Source: Bdellovibrionales bacterium
GTDB taxonomy: Bacteria; Bdellovibrionota; Bdellovibrionia; Bdellovibrionales; JAUICD01
DNA: 64,000 bases
Reading direction: 5' to 3'
Assembly: GCA_965262715.1 (NCBI GenBank)
Contig: OZ253553.1
Location: 1,920,001 to 1,984,000 of the forward strand
Under the pieces are notes generated by a model, which saw only the letters and a list, made by a program, of their open reading frames with translations, searched no databases and had not been told where the DNA came from. Below are positions 29,828-39,573 of this stretch, in pieces. Position 1 is the first letter of the stretch, and the number at the start of each line of letters is the position of its first letter. A program made the position numbers and the translations under genes.

Positions 29828-30745
29828 TTGGTATTGTATTATCATAAACAAATAAAATTTTTGTTGCTCTGTTTTCTTGGATTAGCCATTCTTTTAGGAG
29901 CATGCACTAGACAGAGGCCACCATTAGGATCAAATAAAAATCCTATCAAATTTGTATTACTTCCTTCTTCGGACACAAAACTTCTTGCACAAAAAGCTAT
30001 CTTCATTAAACGCTATCTAGAACTTAAAACACCTTATAAGTATAAATTTTTAATACCTACAAACTACATTGCCTCAGTAGAAGCTTTTGGTACTAAGAGA
30101 GCTGACGTGGCATACATAAACACTATTGGGTACATTATGGCGCATAACCGCTTTAAGGTTGAGGCCCACATTACAAGTGAGAGATACGGGCTTACAACCT
30201 ATCAAGCGCAAATTATTGCAAGGGCTGATGGACCTATCAAATCACTTGCTGACATTGAAGGCAAAATATTTGCTTATGTTGACCCTATATCAACTGCAGG
30301 GTATTTCGTACCTGCTAAATTACTTGAAGATCTTAAAATTAAGCCCAGTAAAACAATTTTTGCTCAAAGACATGACAATGTAGTAATAATGATTTACCAA
30401 GGCCAAGCGGATGTGGGTGCAACATGGTACTCGCCGCCACACAATGGCAAAATACAAGATGCGCGCAAATTAGTTAAAACACAATATACAGATATAGAGA
30501 GCAAAGTTAAAATCATACACCTTACAGATCCTCTTCCTAATGACCCTATTGTTTTCCGTGCAGATATGCCTCAAAAAATAAAAACAGACACCATTGATGC
30601 TCTCTTAAGCTATATCACTACACAAGAAGGTCAAGACGTCCTTATGGATATGCTGGGTATCACAGGCTTAATCAGATGTTCTGATAGTCAATATGATCAT
30701 GTCAGAAGCCTATTCAAGCAAAGGATAGAAGGTATGAACTTATAA
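29828..30745 (+). CDS. PhnD-like phosphate/phosphonate ABC substrate-binding lipoprotein (orphan)
   Basis: Lipobox LGAC; FAYVDPISTAGY, HDNVV, LPND; no permease genes nearby. Confidence 0.85.
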   Translation: MVLYYHKQIKFLLLCFLGLAILLGACTRQRPPLGSNKNPIKFVLLPSSDTKLLAQKAIFIKRYLELKTPYKYKFLIPTNYIASVEAFGTKRADVAYINTIGYIMAHNRFKVEAHITSERYGLTTYQAQIIARADGPIKSLADIEGKIFAYVDPISTAGYFVPAKLLEDLKIKPSKTIFAQRHDNVVIMIYQGQADVGATWYSPPHNGKIQDARKLVKTQYTDIESKVKIIHLTDPLPNDPIVFRADMPQKIKTDTIDALLSYITTQEGQDVLMDMLGITGLIRCSDSQYDHVRSLFKQRIEGMNL

Positions 30746-30760
30746 ATAATGCCGTCTTCC

Positions 30761-30788
30761 TTGACATTTTTCTGCGAATGCCTATAAC
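30761..30788 (+). promoter_or_regulatory. sigma70-like promoter of mutL
   Basis: TTGACA-N16-TATAAC. Confidence 0.55.
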
Positions 30789-30825
30789 AGCTATAAAGAG
30801 TTTTTAACATTACAAGGCATTTGAT

Positions 30826-32667
30826 ATGGAAATCAAAAAATTATCTCAATCCACCATCAATCAAATTGCTGCTGGAGAGGTGGTGGAAAGACCAGCTCAC
30901 CTTCTCAAGGAACTTATTGAAAACAGCATAGACGCAGGAGCGAAATCCATAGAGATTGATTTTGCCAAAGGGGGGAAAGAAATCACTGTCAAAGATGATG
31001 GATGTGGTATTTCTAAAAACGAATTAGCTCTAACTCTTTCTAAGCACACAACAAGTAAAATCCAAACGATAGATGACCTTTGGAGTTTAAAGAGTTTTGG
31101 ATTTCGAGGAGAAGCTTTATCAAGCGTAGCAAGTGTAAGCCATCTTACCATCACAACTTCTACAGATGGCTATGAAGCTTACACTCTCAAATCTGATTTT
31201 GGAGAAGAAAGTCAAATGCTTCCTACCCACTCAAGTCAAGGTACTACAGTAAAAGTTAAAGATTTATTTACTAATTGTCCAGCCAGATTAAAATTTTTAA
31301 AATCCGAAGGTTCAGAGTCTACACAAATCAAAAAAACCATCAAAGCACTGGCAATGATCCATCCTCAAATTGCCTTTAAAGTTTTACAAAACAAGCATTT
31401 GCTATACTATTTTCCTCGAACTACATCTTTTTATGAAAGAGTTAAAACAGTTTTATGCGACGACACCCTCTACCATCTCAAAGGACCTCATTTGCACTTC
31501 CAATGTGAAATGGTTTTTAGCCGCCCTCATACAAAGCAAAAGCACAGTCAAAACATTTGGCTTTTTGTACAAAAACGTTGGATTCAAGATATCAGATTAA
31601 AAATGGCTATTATAGAATCTTATAGAAACTTACTGATGCATGGCACATATCCCACAGTTGTTGTGGACCTTATTTGTGATCCTTCTGAAATTGACGTGAA
31701 TATCCATCCTACAAAATCCCAAGTTAAATTTAAAGACCCTACAAACGCTTTCCGCTCCATATCAAGACCTCTAAGAGCTCACTTAGAAAAAGCCCCCTGG
31801 CTCGAAGATATATTAACAGATAGTAAAGACACACCTCCAAAGACTCACTTAAAAGAGCAATACACGCTTTCTGATCACAGCTTTACACGATTAGATTCAC
31901 CCTCAAGTTTAGAACCAGAAGAAAGCATCACACAACCTGTCAAATCACAATTTGAACACTTGATACAACAAGATGCACATTCTCATAAAAAAGCCTTTGA
32001 CACCGTGAGTTTTCCGAAAAAAGATTCATTTTCACATCTATTACCAAAAAAGATGGACACTGCTTCACTACCCACCTCAAATGATCTAACAGAATGGAGT
32101 CAATTGGAAGTTTTGGGACAATGTAACTTGACCTACATTGTAACTCAATCAAGGAAAGGTCTCATCTTAATAGATCAACACGCTGCGCATGAACGAGTGG
32201 CTTTTGAAAAGTTGATGGATTCTTGGAATAAAAAACATTTTAAAGTTCAAAAAAGTTTAATCCCACAAACACTAAAACTAGAGCCCCACCTCTGTGATCA
32301 CCTTCTCAAACACAACTTTAATGAAATAGGTATTGAAATTGAACGTATGGGGCCTGATGCGCTTATCATCTCTTCTAAGCCTGATATACTCTCTGATAAA
32401 GGCTTAAGTCAGGCTCTTATATCTGCAGCAAAACAAATAGAAGAATTAGGTGATAGTTTCTCTCTTCACAAAATAATCGGCGATCTATTTGCAACAATGG
32501 CCTGCCATTCTGTAATACGAGCAGGACAGGCATTAAGTCCCGAGGAGATGAAAAATCTCTTAGTGGAAATGGACAAGTTTAAACTCTCTAGCTTTTGTCC
32601 ACATGGCCGTCCTGTCTTTACAGAATTTCCTTTCTCGAAATTAGATAAAGAGTTTGGTCGGGTTTAG
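30826..32667 (+). CDS. mutL: DNA mismatch repair protein MutL
   Basis: IAAGEVVERP, GFRGEAL, DVNIHPTK, endonuclease motif DQHAAHER, ACH, CPHGRP. Confidence 0.97.
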   Translation: MEIKKLSQSTINQIAAGEVVERPAHLLKELIENSIDAGAKSIEIDFAKGGKEITVKDDGCGISKNELALTLSKHTTSKIQTIDDLWSLKSFGFRGEALSSVASVSHLTITTSTDGYEAYTLKSDFGEESQMLPTHSSQGTTVKVKDLFTNCPARLKFLKSEGSESTQIKKTIKALAMIHPQIAFKVLQNKHLLYYFPRTTSFYERVKTVLCDDTLYHLKGPHLHFQCEMVFSRPHTKQKHSQNIWLFVQKRWIQDIRLKMAIIESYRNLLMHGTYPTVVVDLICDPSEIDVNIHPTKSQVKFKDPTNAFRSISRPLRAHLEKAPWLEDILTDSKDTPPKTHLKEQYTLSDHSFTRLDSPSSLEPEESITQPVKSQFEHLIQQDAHSHKKAFDTVSFPKKDSFSHLLPKKMDTASLPTSNDLTEWSQLEVLGQCNLTYIVTQSRKGLILIDQHAAHERVAFEKLMDSWNKKHFKVQKSLIPQTLKLEPHLCDHLLKHNFNEIGIEIERMGPDALIISSKPDILSDKGLSQALISAAKQIEELGDSFSLHKIIGDLFATMACHSVIRAGQALSPEEMKNLLVEMDKFKLSSFCPHGRPVFTEFPFSKLDKEFGRV

Positions 32668-32705
32668 TTCACTCAAAATAAACCTGCCTCTGGCTGTTTT
32701 TGGGC
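32668..32705 (-). repeat. Short family A fragment abutting the mutL stop
   Basis: ttcactcaaaataaacctgcctctggc is close to the reverse complement of 55787-55814. Confidence 0.6.
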
Positions 32706-32801
32706 AATTAGGAAACAGTCTCAGAACGTACAGAACTGTTCAATCTTAATATATGATTATCTAAAATAAAACTGGATTGTTGTTAGAACAGAGGTACACA
32801 A

Positions 32802-34103
32802 TTAAATTTGTGTATCACCCATGTTCATGCGCATTTTACGTCTCTTTGATTTTCTACGAACAGCAATCATGAGCATCAACATAACGACCACAACACCTAC
32901 TATTAAAAATAAGAGAGAATTCTCATCTTCTAAAAGACCTCCAGCACCATCTTGCTCTTGATTACCTATGGCTAGAGGGGGTGATGGCGGCTCGAATGAA
33001 GGAGGAGGTGGTGGCGGAGGTGGAGGCGGAGGTGGAACATTATTGTCTGCAAAATCCCCTGCTCCAGCATCTTGAGGAGGAGGTATGCCATCTGCACCTG
33101 GGATTTCATTTCCAGTACCAGCAATATCTGGAGCTTCTTCTTGAGAAGGAGGTGGAACTTCAAAATTATCTTCTTGTATAACCTCTTGCTCTTGTACAAC
33201 TTCATTTGAAGCAACAGGAATAGGTACAGAACCACTATCCCAATATCTTAAAACAACTCCCTCATCTAAAGCCCATTTGGATTCAACTTCAAAATTCGTA
33301 GCCCATAACTCTTTCCATGATTCACGTTCTCCAAAAAGCTGTTCTGCAATATCTCTAATATTTTCATTTCTTCCAGCAGTGTATTGCTGAGGTCCTGCTC
33401 CTATATCTTCATAATAAAAAAGTAAGTTTTGTGAGTCAGTAGGCCTACTTGGTGAGTTATAATACACCTTATCTCCAACATCTACCCCTCTTTGCAAATT
33501 AGGATTAATAGAAAGTAGATCCGCAGCCCTATCTGCTCCATAAATTCTTTGACTTATAGAATCTAAATTATCACCACCTCTTGCTATATACACAGCATTT
33601 ACCAACATGCCTGCTTTATTATATGGGTAAGATTTGATCTTCTTTACAGGAATCATTCCTCGACCTTGTGAAACAGAGCTATCAAAACCGTCAAAAGAAG
33701 AGTCTGATTCTGATGTAAACTGACTTTGATCCTGATCATCTACTGGAAAGGCAGGTAGCACAGAATCTCCTACAGATTCTCCATCATCTACTGGAAGTTC
33801 AGGCAATCCATCTGCTCCATCTGATAATAATGGATCATCTTCTAGATCCAATGGAGCATCTTCAGGTAACCCTTCCTCTGCAAATTCACCGCCCTCAAAC
33901 TCTCCATTTTGTCCCTCTTCATCATCTCCAAACCCTAGTTCATCACCTTCTGCCTCTCCATATTCATCTTCATCATTCAAAGCACTGTCTGCGGGACCTT
34001 CTGAGGGTTCATTCGTTACATTGCTAGAACTACAACCTCCCAGCGATAAACCAATAATTAAAAAACTACAAATTGTTAGATGAAGCCGAAAGATTGTTAT
34101 CAT
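32802..34103 (-). CDS. Acidic/proline-rich lipoprotein with two LysM-like domains and a C-terminal TM helix
   Basis: Lipobox LGGC; YIARGGDNLDSISQRIYG and NENIRDIAEQLFG..WKELWATN; poly-Pro; TM helix plus basic tail. Confidence 0.75.
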   Translation of the reverse strand: MITIFRLHLTICSFLIIGLSLGGCSSSNVTNEPSEGPADSALNDEDEYGEAEGDELGFGDDEEGQNGEFEGGEFAEEGLPEDAPLDLEDDPLLSDGADGLPELPVDDGESVGDSVLPAFPVDDQDQSQFTSESDSSFDGFDSSVSQGRGMIPVKKIKSYPYNKAGMLVNAVYIARGGDNLDSISQRIYGADRAADLLSINPNLQRGVDVGDKVYYNSPSRPTDSQNLLFYYEDIGAGPQQYTAGRNENIRDIAEQLFGERESWKELWATNFEVESKWALDEGVVLRYWDSGSVPIPVASNEVVQEQEVIQEDNFEVPPPSQEEAPDIAGTGNEIPGADGIPPPQDAGAGDFADNNVPPPPPPPPPPPPSFEPPSPPLAIGNQEQDGAGGLLEDENSLLFLIVGVVVVMLMLMIAVRRKSKRRKMRMNMGDTQI

Positions 34104-34293
34104 TTATAAAGTCCTTTATGCCCATTTATATTTGTACATTAATTTACATATATATTAGCCCAATCACTTATAAAATAACATAACAATAAAAAAATAAGCA
34201 AATAATCTATACTTAAATACATATAAGAGCATATAGATTTTCAAAAGATCTTTTTCAATTTAGATAAAAGTATGGATTATAAAACAAAGACAT

Positions 34294-35898
34294 TTATAGT
34301 TTTTTATTGATGAGACATTTTAATTTATCAAAAAAGTCTATAGACTCTTGTGATCCCATATAAAAAGATGTGACCATATACAAGCCTAATCCTAAAGGAC
34401 ATAAAAAACATAAAAGAAAAAAGCGATCCCATGCGTTTACAGGTATAAATTGATCTAGAACAATCTGTATACCAAAGGCCATAACAAAAGACGCAACAAT
34501 AATATAAAATACAGATGGAATCATTCTAGCATAATCTAATGGACCAATAAAAAATCGGTAAAAAAATAAAAGCAAGCACAGATTAAAACAACCACTTACT
34601 ATAGAGGAAAATGCAAGCCCTTCAATGCCATAGTCTTCCAAAAGATGACTTGCCAGTAAGATATGAAATATTAGGCAAGTACCCGACACGAGAGCAGGAA
34701 TCCATGTATTTTGAATAGCATAAAACGCAGGCTGCAAGATGCGAATTCCTCCATAAGCAAAGATGCCTATTCCATAAATACGCAAAACAGCAGCAGTATA
34801 TTCTACATCTTCAATTCCAAAATATCCCCTTTGAAAAATAACTTGAACTAATAGCTCTGATAAAAGAAAAAGAGCAACTCCTGCGGGGATACCTAAAAAA
34901 AGCATATATCTTAAACTTTGATTTATCAAAATTGATATCTTATCTAAATGACCTTGAGCAAAGTTTTGAGATAAAGTTGGAAGAAGAGCTGTCCCCATAC
35001 TAACAGCTATCAACGAGAGAGGAAATTCCAAAAGCCGGTCAGCCCAAAAAATCCAAGAATTTGCGCCCTCTTGTAAATAACTAGCAAAATGCGTATTCAC
35101 CAGGATAGTTAACTGTAAAACTCCAGCACCTATTAAACTTGGAAGTAATCTAGATAAGACACGCATGGCTGGTTTAAAACGCAAATCTTTTATAAAGCCC
35201 CATCGAAAATGCGGAAGATAGCCTAAGTTCCAAACACCAGGAATCACAACACATAACTGCAAAATACCTCCTACTACGACAGCCCATGCCAAAATCTCTC
35301 CTGGAATGTCAAATAAATCTGATGGTAACAAGGCAGCTATCACAATAGTTAGATTAAATAAAACAGGCGCAAAAGCAGGAGCTGCAAACTTTTTATGACT
35401 ATTTTGAATAGACATAAAAAAGGCATACATACACACTAAAATCAAAAACACCATCATGATACGAGTAAAATAGATAGTGAACCTTACTTTATTTTCTATT
35501 TGTGCAAACCCATCTCCTGCAGTTAATAAATGCACGATTTGAGGTGTAAAAATCAGCCCTAACATAAAAAGAACCAATAATGAAACCAAAATAACACTAA
35601 ACATAATATCAACTAATTTTTTTGCAGCATCATGAGGAGACTTATTCTCCAAAAGCTCTACAAAAACAGGAATAAATGCCACAGAAAGTGAACCTTCACC
35701 AAAAAGACGACGACAAAGATTAGGGATACGCAAAGACACAATCCAAATATCCGTGATGAAACGCGGGAAATAAGCTGAAAGTATCATTTCTCTAACTAAA
35801 GCTACTGAACGACTACTAAATGTCCCCATAGCCATTATGAAAGCAGAATGAAACACAGAAGGTATTTTTCTTTCTAATGTTTTATTGACTTGAGACAC
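34294..35898 (-). CDS. murJ: Lipid II flippase MurJ
   Basis: RIPNLCRRLFGEGSLSVAFIPVF, ADRLLEFP, LLPTLS. Confidence 0.95.
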   Translation of the reverse strand: MSQVNKTLERKIPSVFHSAFIMAMGTFSSRSVALVREMILSAYFPRFITDIWIVSLRIPNLCRRLFGEGSLSVAFIPVFVELLENKSPHDAAKKLVDIMFSVILVSLLVLFMLGLIFTPQIVHLLTAGDGFAQIENKVRFTIYFTRIMMVFLILVCMYAFFMSIQNSHKKFAAPAFAPVLFNLTIVIAALLPSDLFDIPGEILAWAVVVGGILQLCVVIPGVWNLGYLPHFRWGFIKDLRFKPAMRVLSRLLPSLIGAGVLQLTILVNTHFASYLQEGANSWIFWADRLLEFPLSLIAVSMGTALLPTLSQNFAQGHLDKISILINQSLRYMLFLGIPAGVALFLLSELLVQVIFQRGYFGIEDVEYTAAVLRIYGIGIFAYGGIRILQPAFYAIQNTWIPALVSGTCLIFHILLASHLLEDYGIEGLAFSSIVSGCFNLCLLLFFYRFFIGPLDYARMIPSVFYIIVASFVMAFGIQIVLDQFIPVNAWDRFFLLCFLCPLGLGLYMVTSFYMGSQESIDFFDKLKCLINKKL

Positions 35899-36040
35899 AA
35901 AAATACCTCACTATTTTCTTGACCCTATAAATAAAAAATGTTATCAGTGTCTTTAAAGCATCACAAATACTTTATATAAAGCAGATTCCTTAATACCTCA
36001 CTATGTCACAAGACATTTGCACTTATAAGAAAGGATGATA

Positions 36041-36355
36041 ATGGCTAATATCAAATCAGCTATAAAAAGAGCACGTCAAAACACCATCAGAAGGTCTAGA
36101 AATAAAAGCAATATAAAGTCGGTTAGAACTGCAGAAAAAAAGCTTCTAAAAGCTTTATCTCATGACCATGACAGCACTTCAAAGACAAATCCTCAAAAAA
36201 GAGCAAATAAACAAGATTCAACTATACCTCCAAAGGAATTAATGAAAATCTATACTAGCAAAATAGACAAAGCTGCACAAAAAGGCATTATCAAAAGTAA
36301 AACTGCTTCTCGCAAGATTAGCCGTCTTTCAAAGCGTGTGCAAACCCACCTCTAA
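36041..36355 (+). CDS. rpsT: 30S ribosomal protein S20 (with internal insertion)
   Basis: MANIKSAIKRARQ..IDKAAQKGII..TASRKISRL; divergent from murJ as is typical. Confidence 0.93.
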   Translation: MANIKSAIKRARQNTIRRSRNKSNIKSVRTAEKKLLKALSHDHDSTSKTNPQKRANKQDSTIPPKELMKIYTSKIDKAAQKGIIKSKTASRKISRLSKRVQTHL

Positions 36356-36463
36356 TTCATACATTTAAAATAACAGATATAATTTGCTGCCGGATTGCCT
36401 GTTTGTCAGGTTTCTGAACTCCCGGATTCCGAAAGATGGCCATTAGCAATGGTGTAACTTAGA

Positions 36464-36838
36464 TAAACTGAACAACCCTCGACTCGAAGTCGAGGGGTTC
36501 AAGTAGAAGGGTCAATTAGAAATTGACTAAAGGTTATTAATTTGAGCCTACGGCAGGTTTCTGATCTGGCTCAGGCTAGCGGCTTAGGAGAAAACTTTTC
36601 AAAAGAAATTTATATTCCATAATCAAGTTATAAAGCCAAGATAATACAAGGCACGGGGGTTGCCTGTTGCCAGTGAAGATACCTGCTGTAGGCCCTCTAC
36701 CCCAAACTATTAGCAACAAATGCTATATCTGACATTTACGAACTAGTGAATCCATCTAATAATATAGTTTACACAACTTAAAAATTGAACGTCGCCTAAA
36801 AGCGAGGGATTGGGGGCCATCCCCGAAAGGGACATTAA
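36464..36838 (+). mobile_element. Putative non-autonomous IS200/IS605-type element
   Basis: Left hairpin aaccctcgactcgaagtcgaggggtt and right end gtcgcctaaaagcgagggat..ccatccccgaaagggacattaa resemble IS200/605 ends; no transposase between them. Confidence 0.45.
36544..36697. repeat. Hairpin element family B, intron-less copy
   Basis: gcctacggcaggtttc...aatacaaggcacgggggttgcctgttgccagtgaagatacctgctgtaggc aligns with the rejoined intron flanks. Confidence 0.7.
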
Positions 36839-36883
36839 TAAACAATAACAGGCTTTTTATTTACAAAGATTGCATAAAATGAG

Positions 36884-38575
36884 TTATTGAGATGTTCTTT
36901 GTCTCTCGCGTATTTGCCTTATGCGCTTACTAATGTTTTCCGTCCATCTTTGTTTGCGTTCTGCATTCAGGTTTGAAGGAGGTGACCTCATCATCTCAAG
37001 AAATTGGATCGCTTGTTCTACTTGCTGTGGAGTTAAGCTATTGACTTGATTTGTAAATGCTCTCTCCTCTGCTGGAGTTAAGTTGAGACTTGTCGACAGC
37101 TCAATAAAAGGGCGCTGAACCTCCTCATTATTTCCATTATTTCCTGACCCACCACCAATATCTTGATTCTGACCTAAATCATTATCCTGTTGTTGCTCAG
37201 TATCTTGTTGTTGATCTTCTGATTGTGAACCGTTCCTTCTTTCTATTTGTCTTATACGCCTATTAATATTTTCTGTCCATTTTTGTTTGTTTTCTGCGCT
37301 CAAATTTGGAGGAGGTTGCTTCATCCTTTCAAGAAATTGTATGAACTGCTGTGCTTCCTGTGGAGTTAAGTTCTTTATTTGATTAGGCAACATCCTTTCT
37401 TCTGCTTCAGTTAAGTTTAAGCTGACTAATAATGCAGCAAAAGGCCTCTTAGTTGTTCCATCATCTATTAAGCCATCTTGACCATCATCATTTTGATTTT
37501 GATCTAAATCACTATCATTGTTTTGTTGATCCTGCTCATCGTTTTGCTGTCCATCATCGTTTTGATTCTCCCCTTGTCTTTCTCTTCCAAGAAGATCCAG
37601 AGCCTCACACCGTCTTTTTGAAACATGACAATCCCTATGATATCTAGAGTTTTGATAGGCTAACTCAGAGCATTGTCTGAACATCTTTAAATCTTCTCGG
37701 CTATCGCAATGCCCATATAAGATAGCATCAAAATGTATAGGATCTAACAATGAGGCATTGATCCCATTACTTATGCTTTGGAACCTTTCCTGATGAAATG
37801 ACATAATGCTATTTCTTTGTGCTACCCGACAATCAAACCTGTATCTGAGAGCACTTGGATTAGACTCTCTAATATGTCCACTCAAAGGATTAGCAAAATG
37901 TCCCGCATGCATTTCTGGATATTCATCTTTTAATCCTAAAAGGTGTAAAATTTCATGAGTTATTACTTGGCAATCGATATCTGCCTCGTAACTTCCAGAA
38001 TGACTACGGCCGCGGCTAGATTGAATAGTGATGCGATGTAAAGCAAGACCATCAGGAGGTTTAGAATTAGATCTTCGTATCTTATTGTAATCTAGTATCT
38101 CAATTGTTAATTTCTCTCCAGAAGGCCCTAACATATAGGGATTGACTTCTTTCATACAACTCTTCACCCTTCGCATATAGTGATCATGGACTCTATGGTG
38201 AGGCACAATAGGACTAAAATCATAATCGTCTGCAGCAGCAAAGAGCAAGACCAAAGATGCAGTGTAACTTCCATCAGGGTTTTTCTTTATACCATACCCT
38301 CCTGGCGTTTTAAGTCGTTCATCATCAAATACCCTTTGTTCTCCAATATTATACTCATTACAAGAAGATTGCTGTTCATGTCTTCTTATACTGACAAAAT
38401 CCCGTATTATACCTGAAGGTGCAGAGCGTCTCCCAAACCTGGGACACGGATCAGTAGAAACAGTGGAGGATGTGATAGTAGAAAATACATAAGAGACTTG
38501 GAAAAAAATAATAAGAAATAATATGATACTCTTCATTCCATCAACCTTTATCAACTTAAAGCTCAAAAATACCAA
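36884..38575 (-). CDS. Secreted zinc metalloprotease-like protein with two C-terminal ~70-aa repeats
   Basis: Signal peptide; HEILHLLGLKDEY and SIM Met-turn; Q/D/N linkers; duplicated RPF..LNLT.AEER..WTENI..RIRQI. Confidence 0.8.
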   Translation of the reverse strand: MVFLSFKLIKVDGMKSIILFLIIFFQVSYVFSTITSSTVSTDPCPRFGRRSAPSGIIRDFVSIRRHEQQSSCNEYNIGEQRVFDDERLKTPGGYGIKKNPDGSYTASLVLLFAAADDYDFSPIVPHHRVHDHYMRRVKSCMKEVNPYMLGPSGEKLTIEILDYNKIRRSNSKPPDGLALHRITIQSSRGRSHSGSYEADIDCQVITHEILHLLGLKDEYPEMHAGHFANPLSGHIRESNPSALRYRFDCRVAQRNSIMSFHQERFQSISNGINASLLDPIHFDAILYGHCDSREDLKMFRQCSELAYQNSRYHRDCHVSKRRCEALDLLGRERQGENQNDDGQQNDEQDQQNNDSDLDQNQNDDGQDGLIDDGTTKRPFAALLVSLNLTEAEERMLPNQIKNLTPQEAQQFIQFLERMKQPPPNLSAENKQKWTENINRRIRQIERRNGSQSEDQQQDTEQQQDNDLGQNQDIGGGSGNNGNNEEVQRPFIELSTSLNLTPAEERAFTNQVNSLTPQQVEQAIQFLEMMRSPPSNLNAERKQRWTENISKRIRQIRERQRTSQ

Positions 38576-39215
38576 ATTGAGGATCTACACATTCTATACG
38601 GTTTTTATTTAAATCAATGCATTTCAAGTTTTTTCTAGAAAAGGTACGAGAAGATGATTTATTACGACCTTTCTTTTTGATAATCCTTACAATAGATTTT
38701 CCACTTCTTTTATATCTTGCGCATGAAACACAGGTCCATTTTTTATCTCTAGCTTTAGATAAAATATTTTTTAAAAGTCCAAAATGAGCATCTCCTTCTC
38801 TAAAAGTAAGAAGCCTGCCGTCTTCACCTACACGTATGACAGGAGCATGAGGGCTTATTTGATCTACCTGATCATTTTTAGTTGTGTTTTTGTTTTTAGA
38901 GTTCCTTTTTTTCTTTACAGAAGATGTAATTTGTTTTTTTAAAACTTTAAAGTCATTGTTAAGTTTTCTTGTAAAGTGACCTAAGTGAGCTTCTGAGGAT
39001 TTTTGTTGATAAGACCTCTGAAAGGAATTTGTTACAAAATCTACGGTTTTTTCTCGAAAGATCAAAGAGGTTTGATCTACATTTCTGGGATGAGATATCT
39101 CCATTTGCAGAACTAAAGGTTTTGAACTTGACGCTTTGTCGGCAAAAATTTTATTTGAACACCAAACAAGGCCAATAAACCCTACTAAAATCAAAGTAAG
39201 TATCTTTAAATACAT
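38556..39215 (-). CDS. Hypothetical basic secreted protein
   Basis: 219-aa ORF, signal-like N-terminus, Cys-containing C-terminus, overlaps the start of the protease gene. Confidence 0.7.
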   Translation of the reverse strand: MYLKILTLILVGFIGLVWCSNKIFADKASSSKPLVLQMEISHPRNVDQTSLIFREKTVDFVTNSFQRSYQQKSSEAHLGHFTRKLNNDFKVLKKQITSSVKKKRNSKNKNTTKNDQVDQISPHAPVIRVGEDGRLLTFREGDAHFGLLKNILSKARDKKWTCVSCARYKRSGKSIVRIIKKKGRNKSSSRTFSRKNLKCIDLNKNRIECVDPQFGIFEL

Positions 39216-39489
39216 AAAATTTCTCTTTTAGACCATCTAGAACTATAAGAAGTTCAAACAATAGAGATGCATAACTTTGTATCGACAAAAAATGAAAATT
39301 TATATAGTCAAGTTTTGTGTAGTTTTGAAGTAAGTTTCGGCTCAATAAACCGCAATACATATAAAAATGAGTTGTAATACAATATCATTCAAAAGTATTA
39401 TATTATGAAAAAGGATGTTAAATTTTAATGACTTAAGATATTAAATGACCCAAAAAAAAACAAATTCATGGAGGAAGCAGTTTTTATTT

Positions 39490-39518
39490 TTGACAGTTAC
39501 AGTTTATATACCTAAAAT
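39490..39518 (+). promoter_or_regulatory. sigma70-like promoter
   Basis: TTGACA-N17-TAAAAT upstream of the helicase gene. Confidence 0.6.
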
Positions 39519-39573
39519 GAATACTTCTTTGTAGTATGAAATAAATTTAGTCTTCTATTATTTATTCAAAGGT

